NCBI GenBank assembly: GCA_963715195.1
Contig: CAVQRT010000030.1
Span: 96,001 to 160,000 of the forward strand
Direction: 5' to 3'
Length of the DNA: 64,000 nucleotides
Source of the DNA: Thermodesulfovibrionales bacterium
GTDB taxonomy: Bacteria; Nitrospirota; Thermodesulfovibrionia; Thermodesulfovibrionales; SM23-35
Shown: piece after piece, positions 54,066-64,000 of the stretch
Position numbering within the stretch: the stretch's first letter is position 1
Layout: each line of letters begins with the position of its first letter
Made by a program: the position numbers and the translations under genes
The notes under the pieces: model-generated
What the model was told of the DNA's origin: nothing
The model's database searches: none
The model's input: the letters and a program-made list of their open reading frames with translations, nothing else

Positions 54066-54410
54066 TCAAGAAGTTTTTTCTATGAACTGTTTAAAGCGTT
54101 CGACTTGACCTTCCATACCTACAGCACTTTCTACATCAACTACAAACGCAATACCCGTCCCCGGCTTATTGAAATTACCTTTTTCATAAATCGCATTAAG
54201 AACCGACTCTACGAGACTTTGTTCTAAAACGAAGAGAACCACGTCGGTCTGCGCTTCGAGGTGCAGACCAAAGAAGGTCTTTGCCTCCCGTTTACCAGTG
54301 CCCCGGGCAGGAATAATTGTCGCCATGGTACTACCAGCAGATTGAGCGGCTTCTACGATTCGGTCTGTTTCTGTGGTCTTGACCATAGCTACGATTAACT
54401 TAAAATTCAT
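54066..54410 (-). CDS. PII-like signal protein
   Basis: ATIIPARGTG and PGTGIAFVVDVE motifs; lacks the canonical GlnB T-loop Tyr motif. Confidence 0.8.
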   Translation of the reverse strand: MNFKLIVAMVKTTETDRIVEAAQSAGSTMATIIPARGTGKREAKTFFGLHLEAQTDVVLFVLEQSLVESVLNAIYEKGNFNKPGTGIAFVVDVESAVGMEGQVERFKQFIEKTS

Positions 54411-54411
54411 G

Positions 54412-55197
54412 TCATTTCTCCTTGGCTATTCTCAAATTACGCACCACCGACCAGCGTGCGATTTGAGCATAACCCATCACAGTTATTATAGGAAAAACAC
54501 TTGCAAAAGCAATTAATCCAAAGCCGTCCATGAGTGGATTACGCCCTGGAATTGTTTGAGAAAGTCCAAGGCCTAACGCAGCAATCAAAGGCACGGTTAC
54601 TGTCGAGGTTGTAATCCCACCTGAATCGTAAGCAAGAGGAATTATTTCACGCGGAGCAAAAAGCGTTTGAATTACTACGATGGCATATCCTGCAATGATA
54701 TATATATAAAGTGGTGTTCCCGTCACAATGCGAAATGTACCGATTGCTACTCCAATAGCGACACCTGTTGCAACAGCCAGTCTCAATCCCCACTGATTCA
54801 CCCCGCCTCGTGATACTTCATGAGCTTTGTAGGATACAGCGATTAAGGCTGGCTCGGCAACTGTCGTGGCAAATCCAATCAAAGCGCCAAATACATATAC
54901 CCATCCGTAGGCATACCATCCTGCATTGGAAGGTACATTCGCTGTATTGAAAACGAATTTAGAGCTAGACAGCTGTATCGCCATAATTTTGCCGATAGGG
55001 AAAAGGGCAGTCTCCAGTCCATAAAGGAAAAACGTTAATCCAAGAAGAACGAACACGAATCCGGCCACTGCGCGTTTCCAATTCGGTATCGACCTTCGTA
55101 AAATCGTAAGCTGGAAAAATATCAACAGGAAGATAACCGGCAACACGTCTTTCACGGTTAATCCAAGGGTATGAACAAATGTGATAATCAAATTCAT
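54412..55197 (-). CDS. DUF1538 membrane protein
   Basis: [28 protein letters not shown] and [10 protein letters not shown] motifs. Confidence 0.85.
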   Translation of the reverse strand: MNLIITFVHTLGLTVKDVLPVIFLLIFFQLTILRRSIPNWKRAVAGFVFVLLGLTFFLYGLETALFPIGKIMAIQLSSSKFVFNTANVPSNAGWYAYGWVYVFGALIGFATTVAEPALIAVSYKAHEVSRGGVNQWGLRLAVATGVAIGVAIGTFRIVTGTPLYIYIIAGYAIVVIQTLFAPREIIPLAYDSGGITTSTVTVPLIAALGLGLSQTIPGRNPLMDGFGLIAFASVFPIITVMGYAQIARWSVVRNLRIAKEK

Positions 55198-55214
55198 GTT
55201 TTAACCATAAATGC

Positions 55215-55979
55215 CTATCCCTTCACCAACATGCCATAGGCCATAACAAAGACTATTGGCAACAGGGAGGCAAACGCAATAAGTCCAAAACCATCTATAA
55301 GCGGATTACGTTCACGAATTGTGGAGGCAAGTCCCACTCCGAGAGCTGTCACAAGTGGCACCGTTACTGTTGATGTAGTAACTCCTCCGGAATCGTATGC
55401 AATCCCCACGATTTCAGGGGGTGCGAAGGCTGTCATGATCATGACGATGACATAACCGCCAATAATAAGATAATGAACAGGCCAACCCTTGAGAATCCGA
55501 ATGAGTCCAATGAAAATAGCAATTCCTACGGATAATGCAACAGTGATGCGGAGTCCCATTGCGTAGGACTGCATGGCAGAAGAATCTGAGCTGATATATT
55601 GTCCGTTCGCCGCCACTACCGCGGCCTCCTTGGTTACAGAGATGAGCGCAGGTTCAGCGATGGTTGTCGAGAAGCCCAGCCCAAAACCGAACAAAAGGAG
55701 CCAGAAAAGACTACCCTTGTATGCAAAAGCTTCTGCCATTGCTTCCCCGATAGGGAAAAGTCCCATTTCCAGCCCTAGAACAAATATTGAGAGTCCCAGT
55801 ATGACAAAAATAAGTCCAACAAATACATCCATAAGTTGAGGAAACGGCTGGCGAAGCACTGCAAGTTGAAAAATTGTTATTACGATTATGATAGGAGCGA
55901 GATCCCGACAGGCACCGACTATATGCAATGCAAATCCCTTGAGTGCTTTAGAACTATGTTTGAGCAATTCAGTTTTCAC
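55215..55979 (-). CDS. DUF1538 membrane protein (paralog)
   Basis: [28 protein letters not shown] and [10 protein letters not shown] motifs. Confidence 0.85.
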   Translation of the reverse strand: MKTELLKHSSKALKGFALHIVGACRDLAPIIIVITIFQLAVLRQPFPQLMDVFVGLIFVILGLSIFVLGLEMGLFPIGEAMAEAFAYKGSLFWLLLFGFGLGFSTTIAEPALISVTKEAAVVAANGQYISSDSSAMQSYAMGLRITVALSVGIAIFIGLIRILKGWPVHYLIIGGYVIVMIMTAFAPPEIVGIAYDSGGVTTSTVTVPLVTALGVGLASTIRERNPLIDGFGLIAFASLLPIVFVMAYGMLVKG

Positions 55980-56277
55980 TGCAACACCTTTTTATTTTTT
56001 CATAAGTATTATGCAATCCGTTTGAAGACAATTGTATCAGTTCTCCAGTCAGATTTGTGAAGTATATATATTGAAAAGAACACCACTTTTTATGTATAGA
56101 TAAATTCTGATAATTCTCTAAAATCTAACCAATTATATCAGGTTTCTTGTGAGTGAACTCTAAAGGGAATCAACACGAAAGTTAGAATTTTTGGTACTGC
56201 GGACTTCTCCTATGCGAAGATCTTCTTCTATACGTAACAAAGCCTACTTTTTCTTTTAATATTAGATAGTTACAATT

Positions 56278-56544
56278 ATGTTTATCACGCCTATTTTTGT
56301 AATCCTATGGCCTTCTTTTATTAGCTATTCCATATTGATCCCAACTGAACATCAGTTTCATGATGCTATTCTGAAAGAGTTCAGAGATGTCGTTCAACAT
56401 TCTGTCCTGAAAAAATGGCTATATTTGCCTGAAGCAACAGAGGATTTTGAAACATTGGCTTCCGATATCGTTGAGGCAGTCAAGATGAATGATCAGAGGT
56501 TTGGGGTCGAACCACAGGAAAAAGTTTCTCGAAAAAAGAAGTAG
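56278..56544 (+). CDS. Hypothetical protein or gene fragment
   Basis: ORF only; no recognised motif. Confidence 0.3.
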   Translation: MFITPIFVILWPSFISYSILIPTEHQFHDAILKEFRDVVQHSVLKKWLYLPEATEDFETLASDIVEAVKMNDQRFGVEPQEKVSRKKK

Positions 56545-56772
56545 CTTCTTCAGGGTGAGAACAAAAAAATTCTTCATGAACGTTGCAGGAATCGGCTATC
56601 TTTTCTGGTCAATAGTGCACCTACCATTCAACAGTCTTGAGGTTTCTTAAATAATGCGCATGTCTTCCTCCGCAACCATTAAATCCTGCTGTACCATAAA
56701 GATTATTACCCGAAATAAATGTTCAGAGTAATGACCAATATCCAATTTTAAACGATTTGTTAACATATCATT

Positions 56773-57441
56773 ATGCAAGTTCTTTCAATAGGTATAAACA
56801 AAGAAAAGGAATCTCTCTACCGATGGGCATATGCTCTTGCTGTTATTACTATTTTCTACAATATCCTTGAAGGGTTAGTATCAATATATTTTGGTATAGA
56901 GGATGAAACACTTGCATTGTTTGGCTTTGGTTTGGATTCATTTGTTGAAGTTATCTCAGGTGTTGGTATCTGGCATATGATAAAAAGAATTAGAAGAAAT
57001 TATGATGCTAATCCCGACCAGTTTGAAAGACAGGCACTCAAAATTACAGGATCAGCTTTCTATATTCTCTCAGTGGGTCTTATAGGGACAGCTCTAATAA
57101 ATATTTATCAGGGGCATAAACCTGAAACCACTTTTTGGGGAATAGTTATCTCTTTGATATCAATTGTTACTATGTGGCTATTGATACATTACAAACTCAA
57201 AGTAGGAAAACAGCTTAATTCTCAGGCGATTGTCGCAGACGCCCATTGCACAAGAGCCTGTCTGTACCTTTCAATAGTTCTTCTTTTATCGAGTGGAGGA
57301 TATGAATTAACAGGAATGGGAGGGATCGACTCCATTGGTGCAATTTTTATAGCTGGTCTTTCATTGAAAGAAGGTCGTGAATCGTTCCAAAAAGCTCAAG
57401 GGTTATCCTGTAGCTGTCAAGATAGTTGTCTGAGGCAATAA
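56773..57441 (+). CDS. CDF-like cation transporter (TM domain only)
   Basis: YNILEG, FGLDSFVE and ADAHC motifs; Cys-rich tail CSCQDSC. Confidence 0.8.
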   Translation: MQVLSIGINKEKESLYRWAYALAVITIFYNILEGLVSIYFGIEDETLALFGFGLDSFVEVISGVGIWHMIKRIRRNYDANPDQFERQALKITGSAFYILSVGLIGTALINIYQGHKPETTFWGIVISLISIVTMWLLIHYKLKVGKQLNSQAIVADAHCTRACLYLSIVLLLSSGGYELTGMGGIDSIGAIFIAGLSLKEGRESFQKAQGLSCSCQDSCLRQ

Positions 57442-57772
57442 AACTAACAATCGAGATAATGCAGCAAAATAGTCCTTCCTGAAGCAGAGATTTTTTTTAC
57501 GAACCTTGCAGTAGCAGGTTTCTTCTGAAAATCATCAGATTCGGTCTTATACCTCAAAAATATTTTCAAAATAGCAATTTCACTATAAAAGATAGCAATA
57601 TTTCCATTGCAATTAATTTTATTTGTGGTATAAATAATATATATATATATTTGTAAAGTACCGCTCCGTAATAACAAACAAATCATTCAGTGCCAGCGAG
57701 AGGGGGTGCTATCAAAGGATTCTTAACATGGCCGTGAAAACCACTGTTCACAAATAAGAAAGGAGAGAAAAA

Positions 57773-58120
57773 ATGGGTAAAAAAGTAGCAGTATTATTGG
57801 GTATTCTGTTTCTTGTTTCTGCCATCAGCGTAACTGCTTCAGCGCTGACACCAATAGAGCAATTGGGCAAATCAATTTTCTTAGATTTGAATCTCTCTAT
57901 CAATCAAAACCAGTCATGTGCTTCATGCCATGGAAAAGAGGTTGGTTGGACAGGGCCTTTATCTGATATTAATGCTCAAGGCTCTGTTTATGAAGGCTCA
58001 ATTCCTGGAGAGTTTGGCAATCGGAAGCCCCCTTCTGCTGCATATGCCACTGTGAGTCCTATTTTACACATGGATAAAAAAGGGTTGATCGTAGGTGGCA
58101 ATTTTTGGGATGGAAGAGCT
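57773..58120 (+). pseudogene. Cytochrome c peroxidase/MauG 5' fragment
   Basis: Signal peptide, LGKSIFLDLNLS, CASCH, GNRKPPS and FWDGRA, then an abrupt switch. Confidence 0.85.
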
Positions 58121-58780
58121 ATCGATGTTTCGAAGGACTCTTTTTCAGCAGCGGGCATCGATTCCAAAGGCAACGTACTGTTTGAAGGCAGCTACAGCAT
58201 GGATGCTGAGGGATTTGGTCTTTTTCTGGAAATAGTCATTCGGCACGGTAAGGATCTCAAACAGATACTTGCTGCCATGGAATCGACGGGATGCTATCAC
58301 CTGAATCTCTTCTCCTTTTTAAATCAACAGGGGTTGCAGGTAGTAGTGATCAATCCTTTACTTATCTCAAACTTCGCAAAACTCTCCTTGAGGAAAACAA
58401 AGACGGATAAGAAAGATGCCCGGACCATTGCACAGTTCATAGTGCAGCACCAAGATGCTGTCTCTGGGTTGGCGGTGTCCCAGGGGTTGCAGGATCTGAG
58501 GGATCTCGCCAGAGAAAGGGAGTCCCTGTGCCATTTCATATCTGAGACAAAGTCCGAAATAAAGAGGGTTCTGAGGACTACTTTCCCGGAATTAGAGTCC
58601 CTCTGTGACATCTCCACAAAGGTGATGTTGCAATTCCTTCTACAGTATTCATCAGCTCGGATGATCACATCGGCTAAGCAAAAAGACATCGTCAAAGCAC
58701 TGGAAAGAAAAGGGGTAGGCACACGACTTACATTTTCTGCTCAGGACATTATTGTGGCAGCTAAGAACTCGGTTGGCATA
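58121..58780 (+). mobile_element. IS110-family transposase internal fragment (DEDD domain)
   Basis: IDVSKD, MESTG, VINP and KTKTDKKDA motifs; no C-terminal domain and no IS ends. Confidence 0.85.
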
Positions 58781-58926
58781 CCGACAACAGCAAAAGTAAG
58801 TGCAGTTCGTATATAAGCGAGGAAAGTCCTGTCATTTGCAAGGTCTGTTCGATGAGCGGCGAGATGATCGCGGAGAATTATATGACCTTTTTTCTCGTTA
58901 GTGCTTGTGTGTTGCTCATTTTCCAT
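58780..58926 (-). pseudogene. DUF202 (YidH-like) 5' fragment
   Basis: LRDHLAAHRTDLANDRTFLAYIRTAL, truncated at the IS110 fragment. Confidence 0.8.
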
Positions 58927-59110
58927 GGGTATAATTGGAATCAATCCTTATGAAAAAACTCTAACGCCTGAGTACATCTTTTAGTACAATCCAAAGATTA
59001 TTTCTTTCACAATATTGAAACTGTCAGAAAAAATCAAAATAAAATGTCCAAACCCTTGGAAAGTCATCCCCATTAATTTAATAAAATGTCCTTTTTTGTG
59101 ATACGATTAA

Positions 59111-60473
<1,363 letters not shown>

Positions 60474-60477
<4 letters not shown>

Positions 60478-60878
60478 GCGATTCATTATTCACTCTCAGG
60501 ATGGTAACACCTCCGAAAATAACCGAGAAACAAATAAAGGCTATCAGGCTGAAAGACGGGTCCGGATTTTTTGGGATAATGAAAGGGCATATCGATTTCG
60601 TAACTGCCATTGAGCCGTCCCTCTGCTATTACCTTGATGAGAACGATAGAGAGGTGTTTCTTGCAGTGGATGGAGGGTTAGTAAGCGTCAAAGGGGGAAT
60701 AGTGACGATTACCTCCCGTGAAATATTTGAAAGCGATGATGCCGAAAAACTGGCTGAAATTATCGAGAATACAATGGTGAAAAGGGATGCTTCGGAACTT
60801 TCTTTTTTCAATATGATTAAAGGTATTGAACGATCTTTTATGGAAAAGACCCTTGAATCCGTAAGGGGCGGGTCGTGA
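60474..60878 (+). CDS. atpC: N-type ATPase epsilon subunit
   Basis: MSDSLFTLRMVTP, GFFGIMKGH and AVDGG motifs; operon position. Confidence 0.85.
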
Positions 60879-61159
60879 TGGAAGATAATAAATTTTCAGA
60901 AGACATCGGGAAATCTGCGAAGGAACTGATGGAAGCCAGAAAGGACAAAGACGGATTCCTGCACTATGCCTATGTCCTTGGCGTCGGCGGATGGCTGCTG
61001 GCGCTGCCTATTGTTGGAGGGGCATACCTCGGGAAATATCTGGATAAGAAGATTGGGGTAAGCGGCGGAATATCATGGACAATTACCTTTATCATAATCG
61101 GCATTGCAGTCGGCTTTTTTAATCTCTGGTACACCTTTATTAAGAGAGCTCAGAAATGA
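60875..61159 (+). CDS. AtpZ/AtpQ (ATPase gene 1) family protein
   Basis: GVGGWLLALPIVGGAYLGKYLD; operon position. Confidence 0.85.
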   Translation: MMEDNKFSEDIGKSAKELMEARKDKDGFLHYAYVLGVGGWLLALPIVGGAYLGKYLDKKIGVSGGISWTITFIIIGIAVGFFNLWYTFIKRAQK

Positions 61160-61821
61160 AAACCCTGAGTGTTTTTCCGGAAAAGGTATTTTCCATAGGG
61201 CCTGTGCAGGTGACTGATACTGTTATCACAACATGGTTTGTAATGGCACGTCGTAATAGCGATCTGTGCTCTCTTTACAAGGAGGCTGTCCATACAACCA
61301 TCTACCGGTCAGGAGATCCTGGAGGGTATTTTTGAGGCCATAGAAACAACAGTGAGAGATGTCCTTCCCATAGACCCATGGCTCGTTATTCCGGTTTTAG
61401 GAACCATCTGGATTCTGATAGGTTTTTCAAATCTTGTCGGCATTCTGCCTATGGTGAAAACACCGACTGCCGATCTGAATACGACATTTGCCTTTGCCGT
61501 ACTATCCTATTCCATGACACATGTCTTTGGGATAGCAACACAGGGGCTGAAGGGATATCTTTCTCATTACAAGGAACCAACGTGGATATTATTTCCTTTT
61601 CATCTCATAGCGAGGTCACCAGGACAATAGCGCTTGCGATAAGGCTATTCGGAAATATGCTAAGCGGGGATATGATTGCGTTTATACTTCTCGGCATAGT
61701 CGGATTTCTTATCCCGGTGCCTTTTAATCTTTTGCATATTGTTATTGGAATTATACAGGCATACATATTCGGCGTTTTGACGCTGGTTTTCATAGCCGGA
61801 GGAATACGGTCACAACCATAA
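61156..61821 (+). pseudogene. atpB: ATP synthase subunit a with two frameshifts (~61249 and ~61608)
   Basis: Three frame pieces: MKTLSVFP..TWFVMA / VVIAIC..PTADLNTT..FPFHL / EVTRTIALAIRLFGN..IQAYIF; real decay or sequencing error. Confidence 0.8.
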
Positions 61822-61828
61822 AAGGAGG

Positions 61829-62101
61829 ATGAATATGGATGGATTAACGATCATTATAGCTGTTTCAATATTCTCTGCGGGTCTTGCCATAGCAATCGGC
61901 GGCTATGGCCCGGCAAGGGCGCTTGGTGAATCGCTCTCGAAAGCCCTTGATTCCATAGCACGACAACCTGAGGCGTCTGCCTCGATTATGAGGACGCTCT
62001 TTGTCGGAATGGCTTTGATAGAATCAATTGCCATCTATGCTTTCGTCATAGCACTGATTATCCTTTTCGCAAATCCGCTAATCGGATATGTCGTGAAATG
62101 A
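61829..62101 (+). CDS. atpE: ATP synthase subunit c
   Basis: ARQPE loop, ESIAIY and FANP motifs. Confidence 0.95.
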   Translation: MNMDGLTIIIAVSIFSAGLAIAIGGYGPARALGESLSKALDSIARQPEASASIMRTLFVGMALIESIAIYAFVIALIILFANPLIGYVVK

Positions 62102-62838
62102 AATTCGATATCTGGACATTTCTCTTTCAGATAATAAACTTTCTTGTTCTGCTCTTCATCCTTAAGCGGATTTTGTATAAGCCGATACGTGAGATTATAG
62201 AGAAGCGGAGAAGTCTTATCCGGCAACGCATCGAAGAGGCCGAGAAAATAAAAAAGGAAGCCATGGAATTGAAGGAGAACTATCAGCATGATATGAACAA
62301 ACTGCACGAACTCAAATCCGGTATGATCGAGAAGATGAATGAGGAAGTCGAGCAGGACAGAAAAAATCTGATGGGCAAGGCTGAAGAAGAAGCGGCAAGG
62401 GTCATTGAGAAGGAAAAAGCCGTATTTGATACGGAAAAAGCAAGGCACGAAGCTGAATTGAAGGATAAGGCGATTGAAGCTGTTACGCTCTTTGCAATAA
62501 ATCTCTTAAAGGGTGTTTCAGATGAGGAACTTCATAAAGCCATATATGAAAAGCTTTTCAGGGAACTCCAGGGAGTAGCTTCTCAGATACCGGAGATAAA
62601 GGAAAAGGACAGACCGCTGAACGTGGATCTGATCACTGCATATCCACTCAGTGAGGATGAGACAAGGAAGATCAGGGAAGCAATCGAATCGCTTCTCTCG
62701 CAGAGTGTTATTCTCAATACAATAATTGATAAAGCCCTCATAGCGGGGGTTAAAATAATATTTTATGATATGGTCTATGACTTATCACTCTCAGGTCAGA
62801 TAAAGAAACTTGCCTTAAAGCTGAAAGAAACTGTCTGA
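62098..62838 (+). CDS. atpF: ATP synthase subunit b with delta-like C-terminal extension
   Basis: DIWTFLFQIINFLVL, coiled coil, then TAYPL...LIAGVKI. Confidence 0.9.
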   Translation: MKFDIWTFLFQIINFLVLLFILKRILYKPIREIIEKRRSLIRQRIEEAEKIKKEAMELKENYQHDMNKLHELKSGMIEKMNEEVEQDRKNLMGKAEEEAARVIEKEKAVFDTEKARHEAELKDKAIEAVTLFAINLLKGVSDEELHKAIYEKLFRELQGVASQIPEIKEKDRPLNVDLITAYPLSEDETRKIREAIESLLSQSVILNTIIDKALIAGVKIIFYDMVYDLSLSGQIKKLALKLKETV

Positions 62839-64000
62839 ATGGAAAAAGATATACTCACTTTTTTCGAGAAGATACAAGAGACGGCAAGGAAGACAGACTT
62901 TTCCGTCGAGATATCTCAAGAGGGCAAGGTGCTCTCTGTTGGAGACGGAATTGTGAAGGTTTCCGGGCTCCGGGATGCAAAGCTCTATGAACTTATAGAA
63001 CTTGAAAGTGGTGATAAAGGCATTGTCTTTGACCTCGATGCTGAAAGTATCGGTATTGTCCTGCTTACCGAACAGAACGGGATAAAGGCTGGAGACGCGG
63101 CGTACAAGACGGAACGGATTGTTTCTGTCCCTGTAGGAGAGGCCCTTCTGGGCAGGGTGCTTGATGCTCTCGGTAATCCTCTCGATGGAGGTCCTCAATC
63201 AGAAAATAGTACATACTATCCCGTGGAAAGAGAGGCCCCTTCACTCCTGCAGAGAGATTTCATAACCCAGCCGCTCTATACCGGCATTAAGCTTATCGAC
63301 GCCATGCTCCCCATAGGCAGGGGACAGAGAGAATTAATAATCGGCGACCCTTCAATAGGGAAAACCGCCGTAGCGGTAGACGCTATTCTCAATCAGAAAA
63401 GTTCTGATGTCATCTCGGTTTATGTTGCGATAGGACAGAATATATCACACATCCTTAAGATCATCGAAGAGATAAAGAAATATGGAGATTTCTCAAAGAC
63501 CACATTTGTAGTTGCCGATGCATCAAACTCTTTCGGTCTGCAGTACATAGCTCCTTACAGCGCAACGGCTATCGCAGAGTATTTCCTTGATAAAGGCAGA
63601 GATGTCCTCATCGTTTACGATGATCTTACCAGGCATGCAGAGGCATACCGTTCATTGAGCCTTCTTCTGAAACGACCGCCGGGCAGGGAGGCTTTCCCGG
63701 GAGATATATTCTTTATTCACTCCAGACTCCTCGAAAGATCTGCCAAACTGAACCAGAAATCCGGGGGAGGTTCGCTCACCGCCCTTCCCATAGTTGAAAC
63801 ACAGCAAGGCAGAATATCATCGTATATACCAACAAATCTTGTTTCAATAACTGACGGGCAGATATACCTGGACACCCTGTTGTTCAATAAAGGTATTCGT
63901 CCTGCCGTCGATGTAGGAAAATCAGTATCAAGAATAGGCGGCAAGGCCCAAGTTGAAGCCATGAAGAAGGTCGCGGAAAGACTCAAGATAGATTATTCCC
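62839..64000 (+). CDS. atpA: N-type ATPase alpha subunit (runs off window end)
   Basis: VGDGI, PIGRGQRELIIGD, RPPGREAFPGD and SITDGQI motifs. Confidence 0.95.
   Translation, partial: MEKDILTFFEKIQETARKTDFSVEISQEGKVLSVGDGIVKVSGLRDAKLYELIELESGDKGIVFDLDAESIGIVLLTEQNGIKAGDAAYKTERIVSVPVGEALLGRVLDALGNPLDGGPQSENSTYYPVEREAPSLLQRDFITQPLYTGIKLIDAMLPIGRGQRELIIGDPSIGKTAVAVDAILNQKSSDVISVYVAIGQNISHILKIIEEIKKYGDFSKTTFVVADASNSFGLQYIAPYSATAIAEYFLDKGRDVLIVYDDLTRHAEAYRSLSLLLKRPPGREAFPGDIFFIHSRLLERSAKLNQKSGGGSLTALPIVETQQGRISSYIPTNLVSITDGQIYLDTLLFNKGIRPAVDVGKSVSRIGGKAQVEAMKKVAERLKIDYS

Overview
Bacterial chromosomal window, probably Nitrospirota/Thermodesulfovibrionia-like (inferred from the 16S and gene content, not database-checked). 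1-51.5 kb is mostly housekeeping: a partial RpoD-type sigma gene, a minus-strand 16S-23S rRNA unit, murJ, trpCF, queF, rpmH-rnpA-yidD-yidC-mnmE, tRNA-Leu(CAA), mnmG, a radical-SAM pair, serS, gyrA, comM, a futalosine menaquinone operon, split peptide-ABC genes and pyrE. The rRNA unit has no 5S and no spacer tRNA, and its 23S carries three long hairpin insertions. From ~51.5 kb an AT-richer accessory segment begins with a cluster of XerC/D dif-like half-sites. It carries an RCK K+ channel, a DUF1538-DUF1538-PII-like module, a CDF-type transporter, a cytochrome-c-peroxidase/IS110/DUF202 chimeric scar and an atypical N-type ATPase operon with frameshifts. Strongest signals missed by the ORF track: (1) a hidden DsrE-like UxxC selenoprotein with a SECIS-like hairpin; (2) two mutually homologous, ORF-less, heptamer-repeat 23S intervening sequences plus a third octamer-repeat one, with similar repeats elsewhere, including in frame inside mnmE; (3) the dif-like site cluster; (4) a candidate C-rich sRNA; (5) the DUF1538/PII/K-channel module.
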